Shown: positions 50,153-64,000 of the stretch, piece after piece
Layout: the number at the start of each line of letters is the position of its first letter
Numbering within the stretch: the stretch's first letter is position 1
Source: Octopus sinensis
Taxonomy: Eukaryota
Length of the DNA stretch: 64,000 bases
Reading direction: 5' to 3'
Assembly (NCBI RefSeq): GCF_006345805.1
Contig: NC_043000.1
Location: 53,258,001 to 53,322,000 of the forward strand
Notes under the pieces: model-generated
What the model saw: the letters and a program-made list of their open reading frames with translations, nothing else
The model's database searches: none
What the model was told of the DNA's origin: nothing
Program-made: the position numbers and the translations under genes

Positions 50153-52822
50153 TCCGCACCGTAATCAGCCGCTGCCACCTCTACATGGGCTAAATTATCT
50201 CTCAGGACCTGATATCGAATTCCAGATTGGGGACATCAGGGAGAGAGAGGTGAATGACTTCGTAAGAAAAGCTAGAGCAAAGAGTGCCGCAGGAGGTGAT
50301 GGCGTCTCATATAAAGTCTACAAATACTGCAATCGTCTGCGAAAGAAGCTCTTCGTCCTAATCCGACAACTGTGGCGCGAGGAGACTATAGTAGAGGATT
50401 TGGTGTAAGGCAGAAGGTATATACCTGCCGAAAGAGGCCAATGCAAAGACCATAAAGCAGTTTAGGCCGATATCCTTATTGAATGTGGAAGGCAAGATCT
50501 TTATGGGAATTCTGTCGAGGAGAACAGTGACATATTTACAGAGTAACGGATATGTTGATGAATCTGTTCAAAAGGCCGGGATCCCTGGATGCGTTGAACA
50601 CTGTTTTTCGATTTGGAAAGCGATCCAGGATGCTAAACAGAACAAGAAAAGTCTGAACGTGGTATGGCTCGACCTAGCTAACGCGTATGGTTCAGTGCCA
50701 CACAAATTACTAATAACAGCCATGGACCACTTCCACATTCCTGACAAAGTGATCAAAATAATGAGGATGTACTATGAAAGTTTCGAAATGAGGTTTACAA
50801 CTGGAAATTTTACAACAAATTGGCACCGATTGGAGGTTGGCATTGCTGCTGGCTGTACAATATCTGTCACGTGGTTTATCTTAGTCATGGAGTTGATTTT
50901 GAAAGGTGTAGATTTTTCGGAACAAATCGCCCATGTACAATCGCCTAAGAAAGCCTTCATGGATGACGTGACACTTCTAGCTACAGATAAACAAATCATG
51001 CAGAATGCCCTTTTGAGATTAGACGAACTTGTAAGGTGGTCAAGGATGCGATTTAGAGCAAAAAAGTCGCGTAGTCTGACATTTGTTAAGGGAGTGCAGA
51101 AAGAATTTAAATTTCGAATATCTGAAGAAAGCATTCCAACAGTCAAGGAAGAGCCCGTCAAGAGCTTGGGACGAGTATACGCTGGAACATTGTCAGATAG
51201 AAGTCGTGGGTTGAAATTATGAAAGAGGCCGAGGCTGGGTTATCAGCGATTGATGTTTCGAAGTTACCAGGTAAATATAAAATTTGGTGCTTGCAGTTCG
51301 GCTTGTACCCGCGACTTGCGTGGCCACTTTTAATATACGAAGTAGCATTGTCACGAGTTGAAAAGATTGAACAAAAATGTAATGTGTTCATTAGAAAGTG
51401 GCTAGGTCTACCTCGTATGTTGAACAGCTCAGCTCTTTATCGTAAAAGAGGTTCGTAGCATCAATAGTCGAAATATATAAGTTGGGGAAGATACGGACGG
51501 TCATGATGCTGAGAGAATCGAAGGATATGGAAATCAGGCGTAACCCACCAGAGGTGAAAACAGCCAGGAAGTGGAAAGCAGAAGCAGAAACTGACAACAT
51601 CTTGTCTTCTCTTACACACAGAGATATGGTGGGAGCAACGCAGAACCATCGGAAAGGATTTGGTTTTGGCGCAGATCAGTTCAGACCGTTTGCAAGCATG
51701 GTGCCGTGTGGACGCAGATCTGTTGTTAGCGTCAAAACAAGAGAAGCAGAGAGAAGAAAGCTTCATTTGATCCGATGTGTTCATCAAGGTCAGATGACGA
51801 GATGGGAAGAACATGTTGTTGAGAGGAAGATAAGTTGGGATGAGATGTGGAAGTGGACAACATCTCGGCTGAGTTTCCTGATTCGTTCATCTTATGATGT
51901 TTTGCCATCACCTACGAATCTAGTAAGATGGAGCGTCTTAGAGAATGACATCTGCAAATGTGGAAAAGTCGGTACACTAAAACATATTCTTTCCAACTGT
52001 TCATTAGCATTGAACAGGTACACATGGTACACATGGAGGCACAACTTGGTCCTTAAGGTTATCTTCAATGCTATAAAGAACCAAATTCATCTCAACAACA
52101 CTGAGGAAAAATCGTTAAAAGTACCATCAAGAGAGTTCATTACCTTCGTGCGACCAGGTCAGCAGATCCGTTTCAAGAAGAAGACCAAGAAACTTCCTGA
52201 GAAAAATGAAAAGTGAAACGGCTATTGGGAGGTAACTGCAGATTTACCTGGGTGCCAGGTTTTCTTTCCCATCCCAGTTTCGAAAAAACCAGATATTTTG
52301 ATGTGGTGTGAAAGAAAGAAAATTGTAAATATAGTCGAGCTAACGATTCCTCACGAAGATAATATGGACGCCGCTCGAGCTCGAAAATTAAACCGTTATG
52401 AAAACCTCCTCGAGGAATGTGAAGACGCAGGCTGGAAAGCGGAACATTTTCCTATCGAAGTCGGATGTAGAGGGTTTGTAGGACACAGCGTGAGACGACT
52501 GTTGTTATCGTTAGGCCTAACTCATCGTAAAGTCAATACCACCATGACTGATATCTAATCTACAGTGGAGAAGGCTAGCCACTGGATTTGGTTAAAAAGA
52601 GACGATGAGCGATGGCTAGAAGTATATTGAGTTCTTCATAACCAGCTGATCTAGCAAGCGGGGCCTCATATCAGTGAGGGGGGCCGGTGCGCATTGATGC
52701 CGTCGAGAGGTAGGCCCCGAAACGGCGCGCATTCTCTCCTGATGACCCCATACACTTGCTAGCTTCCGATATACGGAGCTTTTAACTGGTAGCACTTGCA
52801 TGTGCAAGTTGTTTGCAAGATA
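50153..52822 (+). mobile_element. 5'-truncated HERO-clade non-LTR retrotransposon (RT, CCHC knuckle, restriction-like endonuclease, structured 3' UTR)
   Basis: RT motifs: QFRPISLLNVEGKIF, SVQKAGIPGCVEH, WLDLANAYGSVPH, GIAAGCTIS, FMDD. Then RLSFLIRSSYDVLPSPTNLVRW, CKCGKVGTLKHILSNC, TWRHNLVL and PD...VELTIPHED...RKLNRY...PIEVGCRGF...ASHWIWLKR. Flanked by a 25-bp TSD with 2 mismatches; several frameshifts and stops. Confidence 0.9.
52641..52790 (+). ncRNA. Candidate non-circularly permuted hammerhead ribozyme in the HERO 3' UTR
   Basis: GUC 52702-52704, GAAA 52719-52722, CUGAUGA 52739-52745. Stem III GCCGU/ACGGC, stem I GAGAG/CUCUC, GGGGCC/GGCCCC, GGGG/CCCC, GUGCGC/GCGCAU and closing stem CUAGCAAG/CUUGCUAG. 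Confidence 0.65.
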
Positions 52823-54574
52823 TTCACATTGCCATGGGTTCAAGTGACTCAGCCTCAGTTACTTATTTGGTTGGTGCATACCCCCTAAATTGTCTTAGTA
52901 ATGAACTCCCTGAACTGCAGGGTTGTCCATATAGGTATGATGCATTCTTCATTATGTCTATGAATAGTAAGACCGTCAAGACCGTCATAGAAAAAATGAG
53001 GAAGAAAATCAGATAATTCTTCAAATGCTTTAACCTAGAGCTCACTTTCGAATAGATGCTATACTAAATCTTAACTGAAATATGTATTGCCCCTATTGAA
53101 AACAATATGAGACTACTAAGTATGTCAACAGATCCTCTAATCTTCCCCCAAATGTATTGAAATCATTAGTAAGTGGAATCTCGATGGAAAGTACACAATC
53201 ATCTGCTAATATTGATATATTTGACTCATACATCATTATTATAACATTGTTCTATCAAAGGCGGGATACAATTAGAAGGTGTCATTCCTTAATTCAGAAA
53301 GTTTGAAATCAGATTAACACAATGAAGAAAATGGAAATGTGAAAAAAAGCCTATAGTTCCTCTAATATAGCATATAGATCTACTAGAATTGCCCATAACA
53401 TTTCTATTGAAATAAAGAATAAAATGCATAACAATAATAAAATAGAAACCAATGAGGGTAAGATATCTAGCATGTATAATAATAGCGATGATAAGAATGA
53501 GAAAAATGGAACCAATTCCAATAATAGCATAAATACCGATAATGATAACGTAATTAATAATCTAACTAGAGGTTCGAAAAATAGCAGAGGGACAAATATG
53601 ATCCGTTTTCATAAGCATAGGAATACTAAGACAGGGTTTGGTATAACTTCCCTTTCAATAGCGCAATCTCTACTAATATATGTACTACAATTATGGAGAT
53701 TTTGATGCTAAATTTCCTGTCATCACACAAATATTGCAAAACCTTTCTCCCGTAGGAGAATTAATCTCATATGCCACACTTTCAAATCTAGGTACGATTA
53801 TAGCTCGCGTGAAAATTTTTAAAAAAAGGAACCTAGCCCGCGAGATTGATAATGATAATGTTAATATTGGATTAACCCCTAATAATGATTCTAATAACAT
53901 CATGGATAATACTGATGACCTACTCTCAGCTAGGAACAATACACTCAGCATGGCTAACGGAGCCAATAATCAGCAAATGAAACACCAAGTATCCCAAATG
54001 CAACCATTCCTAGTTGATGGCATAACATCGAAATATATAATCCAAAGCAGTAGTTATTATAATAACCCGAATAATGGTGACATAACACATCGAATGACGC
54101 CGCCATATATATTAATAATAGGGTAAGTAATGCTAAAATTAATCGCAGTTGCAATTGTAGGTAAAGATCCCAATGCCATTTATTCGGTTGGTGTTTAGCA
54201 GGTAATATCATATATAAATGTACACTAATGACAGAAACTAAAACCTTCATTTACATCGGGTGCTCTATAAATATGAAAAAATGCTTGAATAACCATTTTT
54301 CGTTCTTTAGATTTAGGCATAAAGCCAGTTGTACCTCACTATCTACAAAAATCTGTGAACTCAAAGATAGTAATATTAAATTCAGCCTTAAGTGGGTTAT
54401 TGTTCGTAGAGCTCAGCCATACACAGGTGGCTGGTATTGATGTGAACTATGTTGTATTAAGATATATGAAATATTGAAATATAGAGATAAAAAACTCCTA
54501 ATTAACAAGAAATTAGATCTTACGTTGTCATGTGTTGATAGGATTACCCGTACCTTTAAATGCTTTAAAAGCAG

Positions 54575-55770
<1,196 letters not shown>

Positions 55771-56564
55771 TGTATATATATATATATATATATAAACACA
55801 CACAAACACATACACACACACACATATGTATATGTATGTATGTATACATGTATATATATATAGAGAGAGAGAGAGAAATTATTTATTATTTAATTGAACG
55901 CCATGCATCCATCTCCAAGTAAGTGTGTGTGTGTGTGTATGCGTGTATGTATGTATATTTATATATATGGTTGCATGTTCCAACGCAGTAATAGAAAAAC
56001 CACGCATTATATTGCCGCTAGAAGTTACAGAAAGTTTGTTTCAGTACCAAAGATGACTTCTGTAATAATTCTAAGTTAAATGGTTTAGCAATTATTTGAG
56101 ATTAGGCTGTATATTTTCACTGTGCAAAGCCAATTTAGCAAAGAATATAAAATGTTTGGCTTCATCAAATGCGAGAACTTAATGCCGTCTCTGATGGCTT
56201 TTAGCATAACCAACTTGATTCAAAATAGCAATTACGCGGCCAGAGAAATTTCTATCTTTGCTATGGCCTAAGGAAGTACAGAGCACTAATTGAAGCAAAA
56301 TATCCAATGACTGGTAATTGTTTTAAGTCTTTTGAATTACCTCCAGGATACTTCTTACTCTTTCATTGCTTTTCCTAATTTCTTAAACTTTTCTCTGTGT
56401 TGGCATATAGGGAAGTAAATTGGTGTTTTACTTTAGAAACTCAATATATGGAAACAATTACTTTTCATCTAATATCTCTTTGTTCTTCTGAAACTAAATA
56501 ATCAATCGATGAAATATTCTTTTTGTAAGCTAAACAAAGGATAAAAGTAATTGTTCTTATCGCT

Positions 56565-57045
<481 letters not shown>

Positions 57046-57509
57046 TTGCAAACATTCACATTTTCAGTACCCCGAGGAAATATTTCTGAATTGCCAATTG
57101 TATCTATTTTGTTTTACTGCACTTTTTGACAATACACAGCTCAGAAATATTTAGAAGACTACCGTGGTTTCGAAAAGAAGACCCCTTATCAGGTATCTCA
57201 GTATTTATAGTTAATATGTGCAATATAATTTACTCTATGGTAACGGAATAAAGTGTTATCCTCAACAGTACTAGCAGCAATTATAGCCATCAATATATTT
57301 GAAAGCTGAAACCAGTTTATAAAAGAAAAGTCTTCATAGAAAAAGAAAATCGATTAAAATTTTGATTACTTGTAAAGTCAGTTAGTGTTTAATAATCGAA
57401 ATTTTAAAATTTTAGAGCTATGGCAGGGACATAAACAGCAACAAATTCAACTCATTCTTTCTAGCGTTTCAAATCAAATAGAGGTATATACAATCGGTCG
57501 GTTGATGTG

Positions 57510-57730
57510 TGCTACTAAAGTGAAAACTTCTTGTTCGATGGGAACGGTAATCTTTTATAGCTTTTGTTTCAACTATTGGACTGCGGTCATACTAGGGAAC
57601 GTCCTTCAGGGACCCGATACTTACTTTCTAAAGCCTTTTACTGATCCTGTGGATATCGTTGGCCGAACTGCTATTTTTCGGGGGTGTAAACCAACAAGCA
57701 CTGGTTGTCATGTAGGCATGAGGGACAAAT
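57510..57730 (-). mobile_element. Degraded SINE family A 3' half
   Basis: The reverse complement reads GACAACCAGTGCTTGTTGGTTTACACCCCC...AGCAGTTCGGC...CCCTAGTATGACCGCAGTCCAATAGTTGAAAC. Confidence 0.6.
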
Positions 57731-58089
57731 GTAAATAAAAACAAACACGCAGTTTTCAATCTAGGGAGGACGAGCTAAATGTGTCCTGTTTATATATATA
57801 CTACATAGGGTACATATGTCATATATTGATACTGTGTAAACTGAGGACACCGTTGACAGGCCTCTGGTATTAGATGAGTTGTTAAGACTTAACACTTATG
57901 GTATGCAAATTAGAAGCTGTAATTTTCTGTTGAGTATATAAACAGATTGGCTGATTGTTTCTCTGGGTCCGGTTAAATTGATGTAGACGCATCTAATGAA
58001 AATCCAATCAAATTCAAAAATCGATTAATTTTCTGCATTTTTTATTTCATTCTACAAAGAAATTGCTATATTAGCTCTATTATATATCG

Positions 58090-58137
<48 letters not shown>

Positions 58138-58384
58138 TTCTAATGAAGAACGGCCCAACATGATTTTTGAAATGGAAAACTCAAAATTGATCAGAAGCAT
58201 TTTCAGAGCACCTACCTTCTAAAAAGTTATCGGAGCGGAATGTGGTTAGAGTCATGATATGTTAGTGTCCTAACTAGATGATATGCTTCAACATCTATGT
58301 AAGAGAATTGTAATTTTTCGGATGTATATATATATTTTTTTAGTGCTTTAATTTACTGTGTTAATTTTAGCCTCGTCCCCTTTA

Positions 58385-58424
<40 letters not shown>

Positions 58425-58513
58425 TTCCACTTCCGGTCACATCAGAAATGTAAGTGCACGTGAACTGTTGGCGATTTTTCCTTATTTTTTCCTCTTTCTT
58501 CTTCGACTTCACT

Positions 58514-58549
58514 GTTTCTGACGAAGTGCTATGCTCGAAACGTTAATAC
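58514..58549 (+). ncRNA. Minimal PLE-type hammerhead motif, slightly degenerate
   Basis: GTTT-CTGACGA-A-GTGC-TAT-GCTC-GAAA-CGTT-A-ATAC. Cores are intact, stem III is the palindrome AACGTT, and stems I and II each have one mismatch. Confidence 0.6.
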
Positions 58550-58658
58550 TCTTTTTCTTCGCCGTTCCTCACATTCGTTTTTTTCTTTCTCTGTTTTAAT
58601 TGTCTGTTTATTTGAATTGACTCTTTCTCTCTTCCTCTCTGTATATATACACAAACAA

Positions 58659-58761
<103 letters not shown>

Positions 58762-59679
58762 GATAGATAGATAGATTTCTATTAATGTTTTTTTAAATAT
58801 ATTTTCTATAATGTATTTGTATTTTATTATACATGGATCCTTATGTCCACTAAGCGAGTATTGTTATAATTAATGCCAGTACTGGACGGTCGCAGAAGCC
58901 GCAGAATGTTTGATTACATGTTCTATCAGAAGTCAATTTAGTTTCCTTCATTTCTGAGGTGACATTTCAATCAGATAGTCTTTGTTTTTCGCTCATATGT
59001 AGAAAATAATATGCTACGAGACATAAATCATGATTGAAACGAATGACTATACCGCTCCCGTAATATTTTGAACCATTTTTCTATGCTTGAAATAACGAGT
59101 ATTTTATTTATATTCAATGTAATAGGTCTCATATACGTGGAATAGTTTCGGATTAAATCTCTCGCACAATAAAGTTATATACCTTCACACTTCACGTCCG
59201 CATCCGAAAGAACACAACTTCGCATTTTAATCTTGAGGCCGCAACACCTTTCATACCAATCATTGTGGTGGATGGATACAATCGTGTATATTCCACAGAC
59301 AACATTTCAAACTTTCTACTGCCTGTATTATCGATTATTTAAGACGTTGCTTATATATCAATCGTTGGTACAAATGGTAGATTGCAGCATTAATACATTG
59401 TAATACTTTGTGTGCGGACAGAATAGTGAGAGCGTCGAAGAGAATGTGGTATGTAGTTACGGCTCTTTAATTTTGAGTTGAAATCGCACCGAAGTTGAGT
59501 TTGCCTTTCATCCTTACAGGGCATGATGTAATCAATTCCCCCCCCCCCCACCGTAAAATTATGGCCTTGACTCAACGTTAGAAATCAATATTTGCGTTCT
59601 ATGTTATCACTGAGTGCGTCATAATTTGTTGATATAATTGAAACCTAAATTATTGTGTCAAAGTTAGATGTTATTATAA

Positions 59680-60340
59680 TCAATAGTGATTAAAAGCCCG
59701 TTGATTAGTAACTGTAAAATCTGCAATAGCAACTATAATTCCATTAAAGAGAGCAGGCAGCAACGGTAAAAGGGATCCGTTTCCATATCGCAGAAAAATA
59801 CAAGATTTTAGAGATGAAGAAGGGAAGAAAGATACTGTCGGTTGTCCAATCGTTAGAATCCGATGTGTTGGCATAACAAATGACACAGGCTAACCATACA
59901 ACGATTTGTTTATGAGATATATTCCACAGTTGTAACGGAAAGGAAAGCAAGCACAAACAACAGTAATAGAATGAGCCATGAGTCAAGTAAATGTTCATAA
60001 GCGTTCGCGAAAATATCAACTTGAGATTTTGAATGCTCAGAATCACTACAGAAACACTTTATAAAAAGTTTCATTTTTGCAGGGAATCAATTCGTTCGTT
60101 TCTGGTGTTGGTGAGGTCGTAGCGTAATTTTTCGTGTTTTTGCAATAAGTTCATTGCATTTCGAGTTTTTTTATTCTTGCGCAAAATAGTGAGGATATTC
60201 TTGGAATTATTTTCTATGTCTTGTATTTCAAGAGAGAGAGAGCAGTCTAATATTGATATGAACCGTACTCCGATCATTGAATTTACACGTGTTGTGAGAA
60301 TGTTCAATATTATACGCATTTGTGATACATCATTTACGTG
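59680..60340 (-). mobile_element. Possible piggyBac-like transposase remnant
   Basis: Only NAMNLLQKHEKLRYDLTNTRNER resembles the piggyBac MS..RF..I...LRFD...TR..R motif; the remainder is too degraded to confirm. Confidence 0.3.
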
Positions 60341-60359
60341 TGGCAAATAAAATAAGTTT

Positions 60360-63230
60360 TAATGAGTATTACTTAACTATGTCCCAATATTTTTTCACTA
60401 CAACAACAGTGACGTAAGTAGCAGTAGCGACGAGCAAGATATATTTAAAATTGACACAAGCACAACCTGCACCACCGTTCCCAACAGCACCATCAATACC
60501 ATGACCACCGTACAAAAAACCAACACCACCATTACCACAAACAGTGATAAAACGACAACAGTGGCTGTTCGTTTTTCTAAGCAGTATGGGAACGGTTTCA
60601 CACAAGCTTGTTGGGGAATGGGAAAATTCGAGTTGCCAAAAGATTTTGAGACACGCTGCTAAGCTATAATTAACAAAGAATGGCAGGAGAAACTTCCTTA
60701 ATACACCGGCGAAAGTGCAAGAAGACATTTAAAAAAAACATTATATATAAGTGTATATCTTTGAAGACGAGGAGCCTAGAGTGACGCAGGCCCAGATAAA
60801 AAAATGCCGGTCTGAGGTTTAAAAGCTTACGTCACTCGTAGAAGACGCTTTCGCAGAGCTGAAATAATATTATCAACTAAAGCATTAACCACAGAAAATG
60901 CCATAACAACCCTCAAAAGTGAGGAAATGTGCCTAATTCCGACACACTTCCGTTGGAGGGTCGTCAAAATAAATCTAGCAGATGTGCCAACAGAAACGCA
61001 CATCACATTGCTGGTAGCAGCCCTATTATACGACATAGAGAGGAAAAAAAATTCTGCAAGTCCACAAAATTGCAAAAGGAGGATTGTTCAGGCACGGGCA
61101 TGGGCTTGTGGTTGCACTCCGATCTGAGTAGTAACGAAACCACCCTTAACTGATCGACCTGCCTAATGGAAATCAGTTATCTATAGCGATTGAGCGCAGA
61201 AAGCTTAAATGCCAGATTTGAGACGAAACAACCCACTTACCCCATGTCAAGCAAAGAAAAAAGAACCGATGTTGCAGATAACTCAGACACAACAGAGCAG
61301 CAACAAAACAACAGCAAGAGCAACAGGAACAACACCAACAGCATGTACCAAGAACAGTAGATTTCAAAACCAAAAGAATAGTATGAATGATATAGCAGCA
61401 GAAGAAATCCATTTAGCAACATCATCAGCAAGCACCGGAAACTCACCCAGGAAAAGCTACAACAATACCTACACCATTGCATGCGAGACGTCACAGACCC
61501 ACCAGACCACCAGCTTAGAAATGTTTGACTGTGAATACTCGTCTAACAAGAGAAATAGTCTTGGAAACCCACCAGAAAGGATTCTGTTAAAAGGAAAAAG
61601 GAAAAACAATTACAAAATGAAAAGCGTGATACAAGACTAAACCAAAGAGATTAGAGGAGGAGGCATCGAAGCTAATAAAACATTACATACCCACCTACCC
61701 TAAACCAAAGAAATTGCAAACATCAACACTACAAGCACCACCATTACAAACACCTCGACAAACGAAATCACACAACGGTCCAGATCAACATCATAAACAT
61801 CAATCTCGAGGCATCTCTAATTACACAGCCATAGACACAAACAAAAATAAACTTAAGAAAGCATACTCAAAAATACACAAATATTATTCTAAATGAATAC
61901 GCGACATCCCCGCGTAACAGAGGTATTCATCTAAAAACTAACTGAAAGCAAAATATCCTAAAGAAGTCAGAAATTTCGGTGGAGCCATAAATAAAATGCT
62001 CTACAAAGAAATGTTTGCGGAGACATCCACAAATAACCAGGACAAATCATCACAGAAATAGAATAAGGGATTGTCTTCATCCTCCTTCTCCCTGACAAAC
62101 ATGACCTTGGCCTTGCTCAGAATAGGCAGGATAAATATGCGTGACATGAGGATGCGGTGGGAACGGGGTTATCTACTCAATGACCTAAGGTCAGTAAGTT
62201 TAGATTTAGTGACTATCAGTTAAACCAGACTCTCCAAGCGATCAAATTTCAGTAGATATTATATTTACTTATCTCCTAGCCAACCGAGAACGGAGGAGAA
62301 ATGGAACTGCAGTGTTGTTCCCCAGAATTCTGGATCTCAAGACAAAGACCATTTTCAGGAACTCAGAAAGTAAGTCTCTGGTCCTGGATATGATCAGATG
62401 CGACACGGCCGCGTTCAGACTGGTGGCTGCTTATGTTCCGACAAGGGCAAGACAACCGAATTTCTTCAGACGTCTGTAGGTCTCTTTGGAGGCGTCTCGA
62501 TGTTTAGTGCTAATGGAGGACCGGATGACCATCTTGGATGCACGCAACTGGAAACAGAACGGGAAAATAACTACTTCTGTGAGTCGATGAGCGGTGACAC
62601 TGCTGAGAAAGGTGCCAAACAATGGAGATAAAATAGAAAATTTTAGGCTTATAACGTTGCTGGACTCGGATTTCAAAATTTGGGCCAAATTGTTAGCAAA
62701 GAGGTTGGAACTTATCGTCGAGGAATTGATGGGTGATGCAGAAAGAGGCGGCGTCCCAAGCAGATGCATCCACAAAAATTTCCATGTCATACAATACATC
62801 ACAGATTGGGTGAGCAAAGAAACTTCATGGATAGGGCCCTGATCGATTTGGATCGACCGAAGGCCTTCGATATTGGCGGCCGTTCTCACGGCAGTCGGTT
62901 TCGCCCTCTCTTCCTGTGACTGGTTCACCGCATTGCATAGCGATATCTACTCGGTATTCGGATGAATGATTATCTATCAGAATCATTCAACATCACGTGT
63001 CCGGTCTGTCAGGTATGTCCGCTCTCATATCTTCTGTATATACCAGCTCTAGAGCCACTACTGTGGAAACTAGAATGTGGAAGAACAGTGTCGACATACG
63101 CAGATGATGTCAGCATCAGAATGCCGAACACCAAGCACATAAACCTGGTCGGCGCTGCTTTAAATAATTCGAGGTGAGGACAGAAGCATAAATTAACCAG
63201 GAAAAGTAAGTGGGTCTGAGCTATCCATGA
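60360..63230 (+). mobile_element. Degraded L1/Tx1-clade LINE (ORF1, partial APE endonuclease, RT) with a large internal deletion
   Basis: ORF1-like pieces occur at 60360-61640. APE: LRIGRINMRDMR...DLVTIS*TRL. RT: VTLLRK...NFRLITLLDSDFKIWAKLLAKRL, DLDRPKAFD, VCQVCPLSYLLYIPALEPLL, YADDV. Confidence 0.85.
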
Positions 63231-63249
63231 CAAACTTCGTCCATTTTTA

Positions 63250-63790
63250 CATTCTCAGTTCAAATTCCACCGAGGTCAAGCTTGCTTTTCATCATTTCGG
63301 GGTCAATAAAATAAGTACCAGTTGAGTACTGGGGTCGATGTAATTGACTTACACCCTCCCCTGAAATTTCTGGCCTTGTGCCAAAATCCTAAACCAGTAT
63401 TATTATTCAAGGTGGTGAGCTGGCAGAAACGTTAGCATGCCGGGCGAAATGCTTAGCGGTATTTCGTCTGCCACTACGTTCTGAGTTCAAATTCCGCCGA
63501 GGTCAACTCTGCCTTTCATCCTTTCGGGGTCGATTAAATAAGTACCAGTTACACACTAGGGTCGATATAATCGACTTAATCCGTTTGTCTGTCCTTGTTC
63601 GTCCCCTCTGTGCTTAACCCCTTGTGGGTAGTAAAGAAATAGGTATTTCGGCAAGATTTTGAGTTCAAATTCTTTCGGGGTTGATAAATTAAGTACCAGT
63701 GAAACACTGGGGTCGATGTTATCGACTGTCTACCCCCCAAAAAGTGTCAGGCCTTGTTCCTATATTTGAAAGGATTATTATTATCATCAT
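63250..63790 (+). mobile_element. Cluster of SINE family B copies (fragment, full copy, tandem partial unit)
   Basis: GGTGGTGAGCTGGCAGAAACGTTAGCATGCCGGGCGAAATGCTTAGCGGTATTTCGTCTG head at ~63412. Body to AAAGAAATAGGTATTTCG, then a second partial unit. Confidence 0.9.
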
Positions 63791-64000
63791 CATCATCATT
63801 ATAACCTTAGAACAGCTTCTAAATCTGAAGATTACTACGGCGTCAGCTGTTCACTGCCAGTAAACTAACGTAACACCTTATTTTTCGGGCACCTTCCGGA
63901 GTATTCGAGTGGTTCCAAGTAGTGCTGTTTTCTGCAAGTGCTCCACCCTTATTGCAGCCACTATTTGTTCCATGTACTTCTGGAGATTTTTGCTTTCAGT

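Larger units (their letters stand above)
49370..54560 (+). mobile_element. Degraded Naiad-type Penelope-like element (RT plus C-terminal GIY-YIG), interrupted by HERO at 50153-52822
   Basis: Upstream of the insertion: IKDHK.NFHDNP, SDIGRLSK, FMQFDINSYYSRMSPILLNKAL...ARK...FHIAMGSSD. Downstream: MGSSDSASVTYLVG...YRYD. Endonuclease region: SCNCR*RSQCHLFGWCL...IIYKC...YIG...TSLSTKICELKD...KW.IV..AQPY...CELC. The 5' boundary is uncertain. Confidence 0.8.

Noticed and set aside
49929-50408. In-frame Naiad-RT/HERO chimeric ORF as a functional fusion
   Set aside because: An in-frame junction has a one-in-three chance. The ORF stops soon after at a frameshift and both parents are degraded.
54438-54440. 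In-frame TGA in the Naiad GIY-YIG region as a possible selenocysteine codon
   Set aside because: The TGA precedes rather than replaces the conserved Cys (Y*CELC) and fits CGA>TGA decay. The copy also has TAA stops and frameshifts, and no SECIS was recognised.

Overview
This is AT-rich, microsatellite-dense metazoan genomic DNA. Its tRNA-derived SINE families resemble those I recall from Octopus, so a coleoid cephalopod is the likely source (inference). Most of the window is decayed mobile DNA: an RTE 3' end, a CR1/L2-group RT remnant, several Penelope-like element (PLE) pieces with minimal hammerhead motifs, a Helitron fragment, a hAT transposase, a hAT MITE, an L1/Tx1 remnant and two SINE families, one in tandem arrays. 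A Naiad-type PLE is interrupted by a 5'-truncated HERO-clade RLE non-LTR element flanked by a 25-bp target-site duplication. The strongest finding is in the HERO 3' UTR (52641-52790). All three hammerhead core strands are present with fully complementary helices, but in the order GUC, GAAA, CUGAUGA. That order is not any circular permutation (type I/II/III), so this is a candidate non-circularly permuted, pseudoknotted hammerhead ribozyme. Also notable are an intact intronless 390-aa ORF combining a Myb/SANT-like domain with two CCCH fingers, and three phase-compatible candidate exons of an unidentified host gene. All alignments, translations and folds were done by eye; no database searches were run, and boundaries of degraded elements are approximate.
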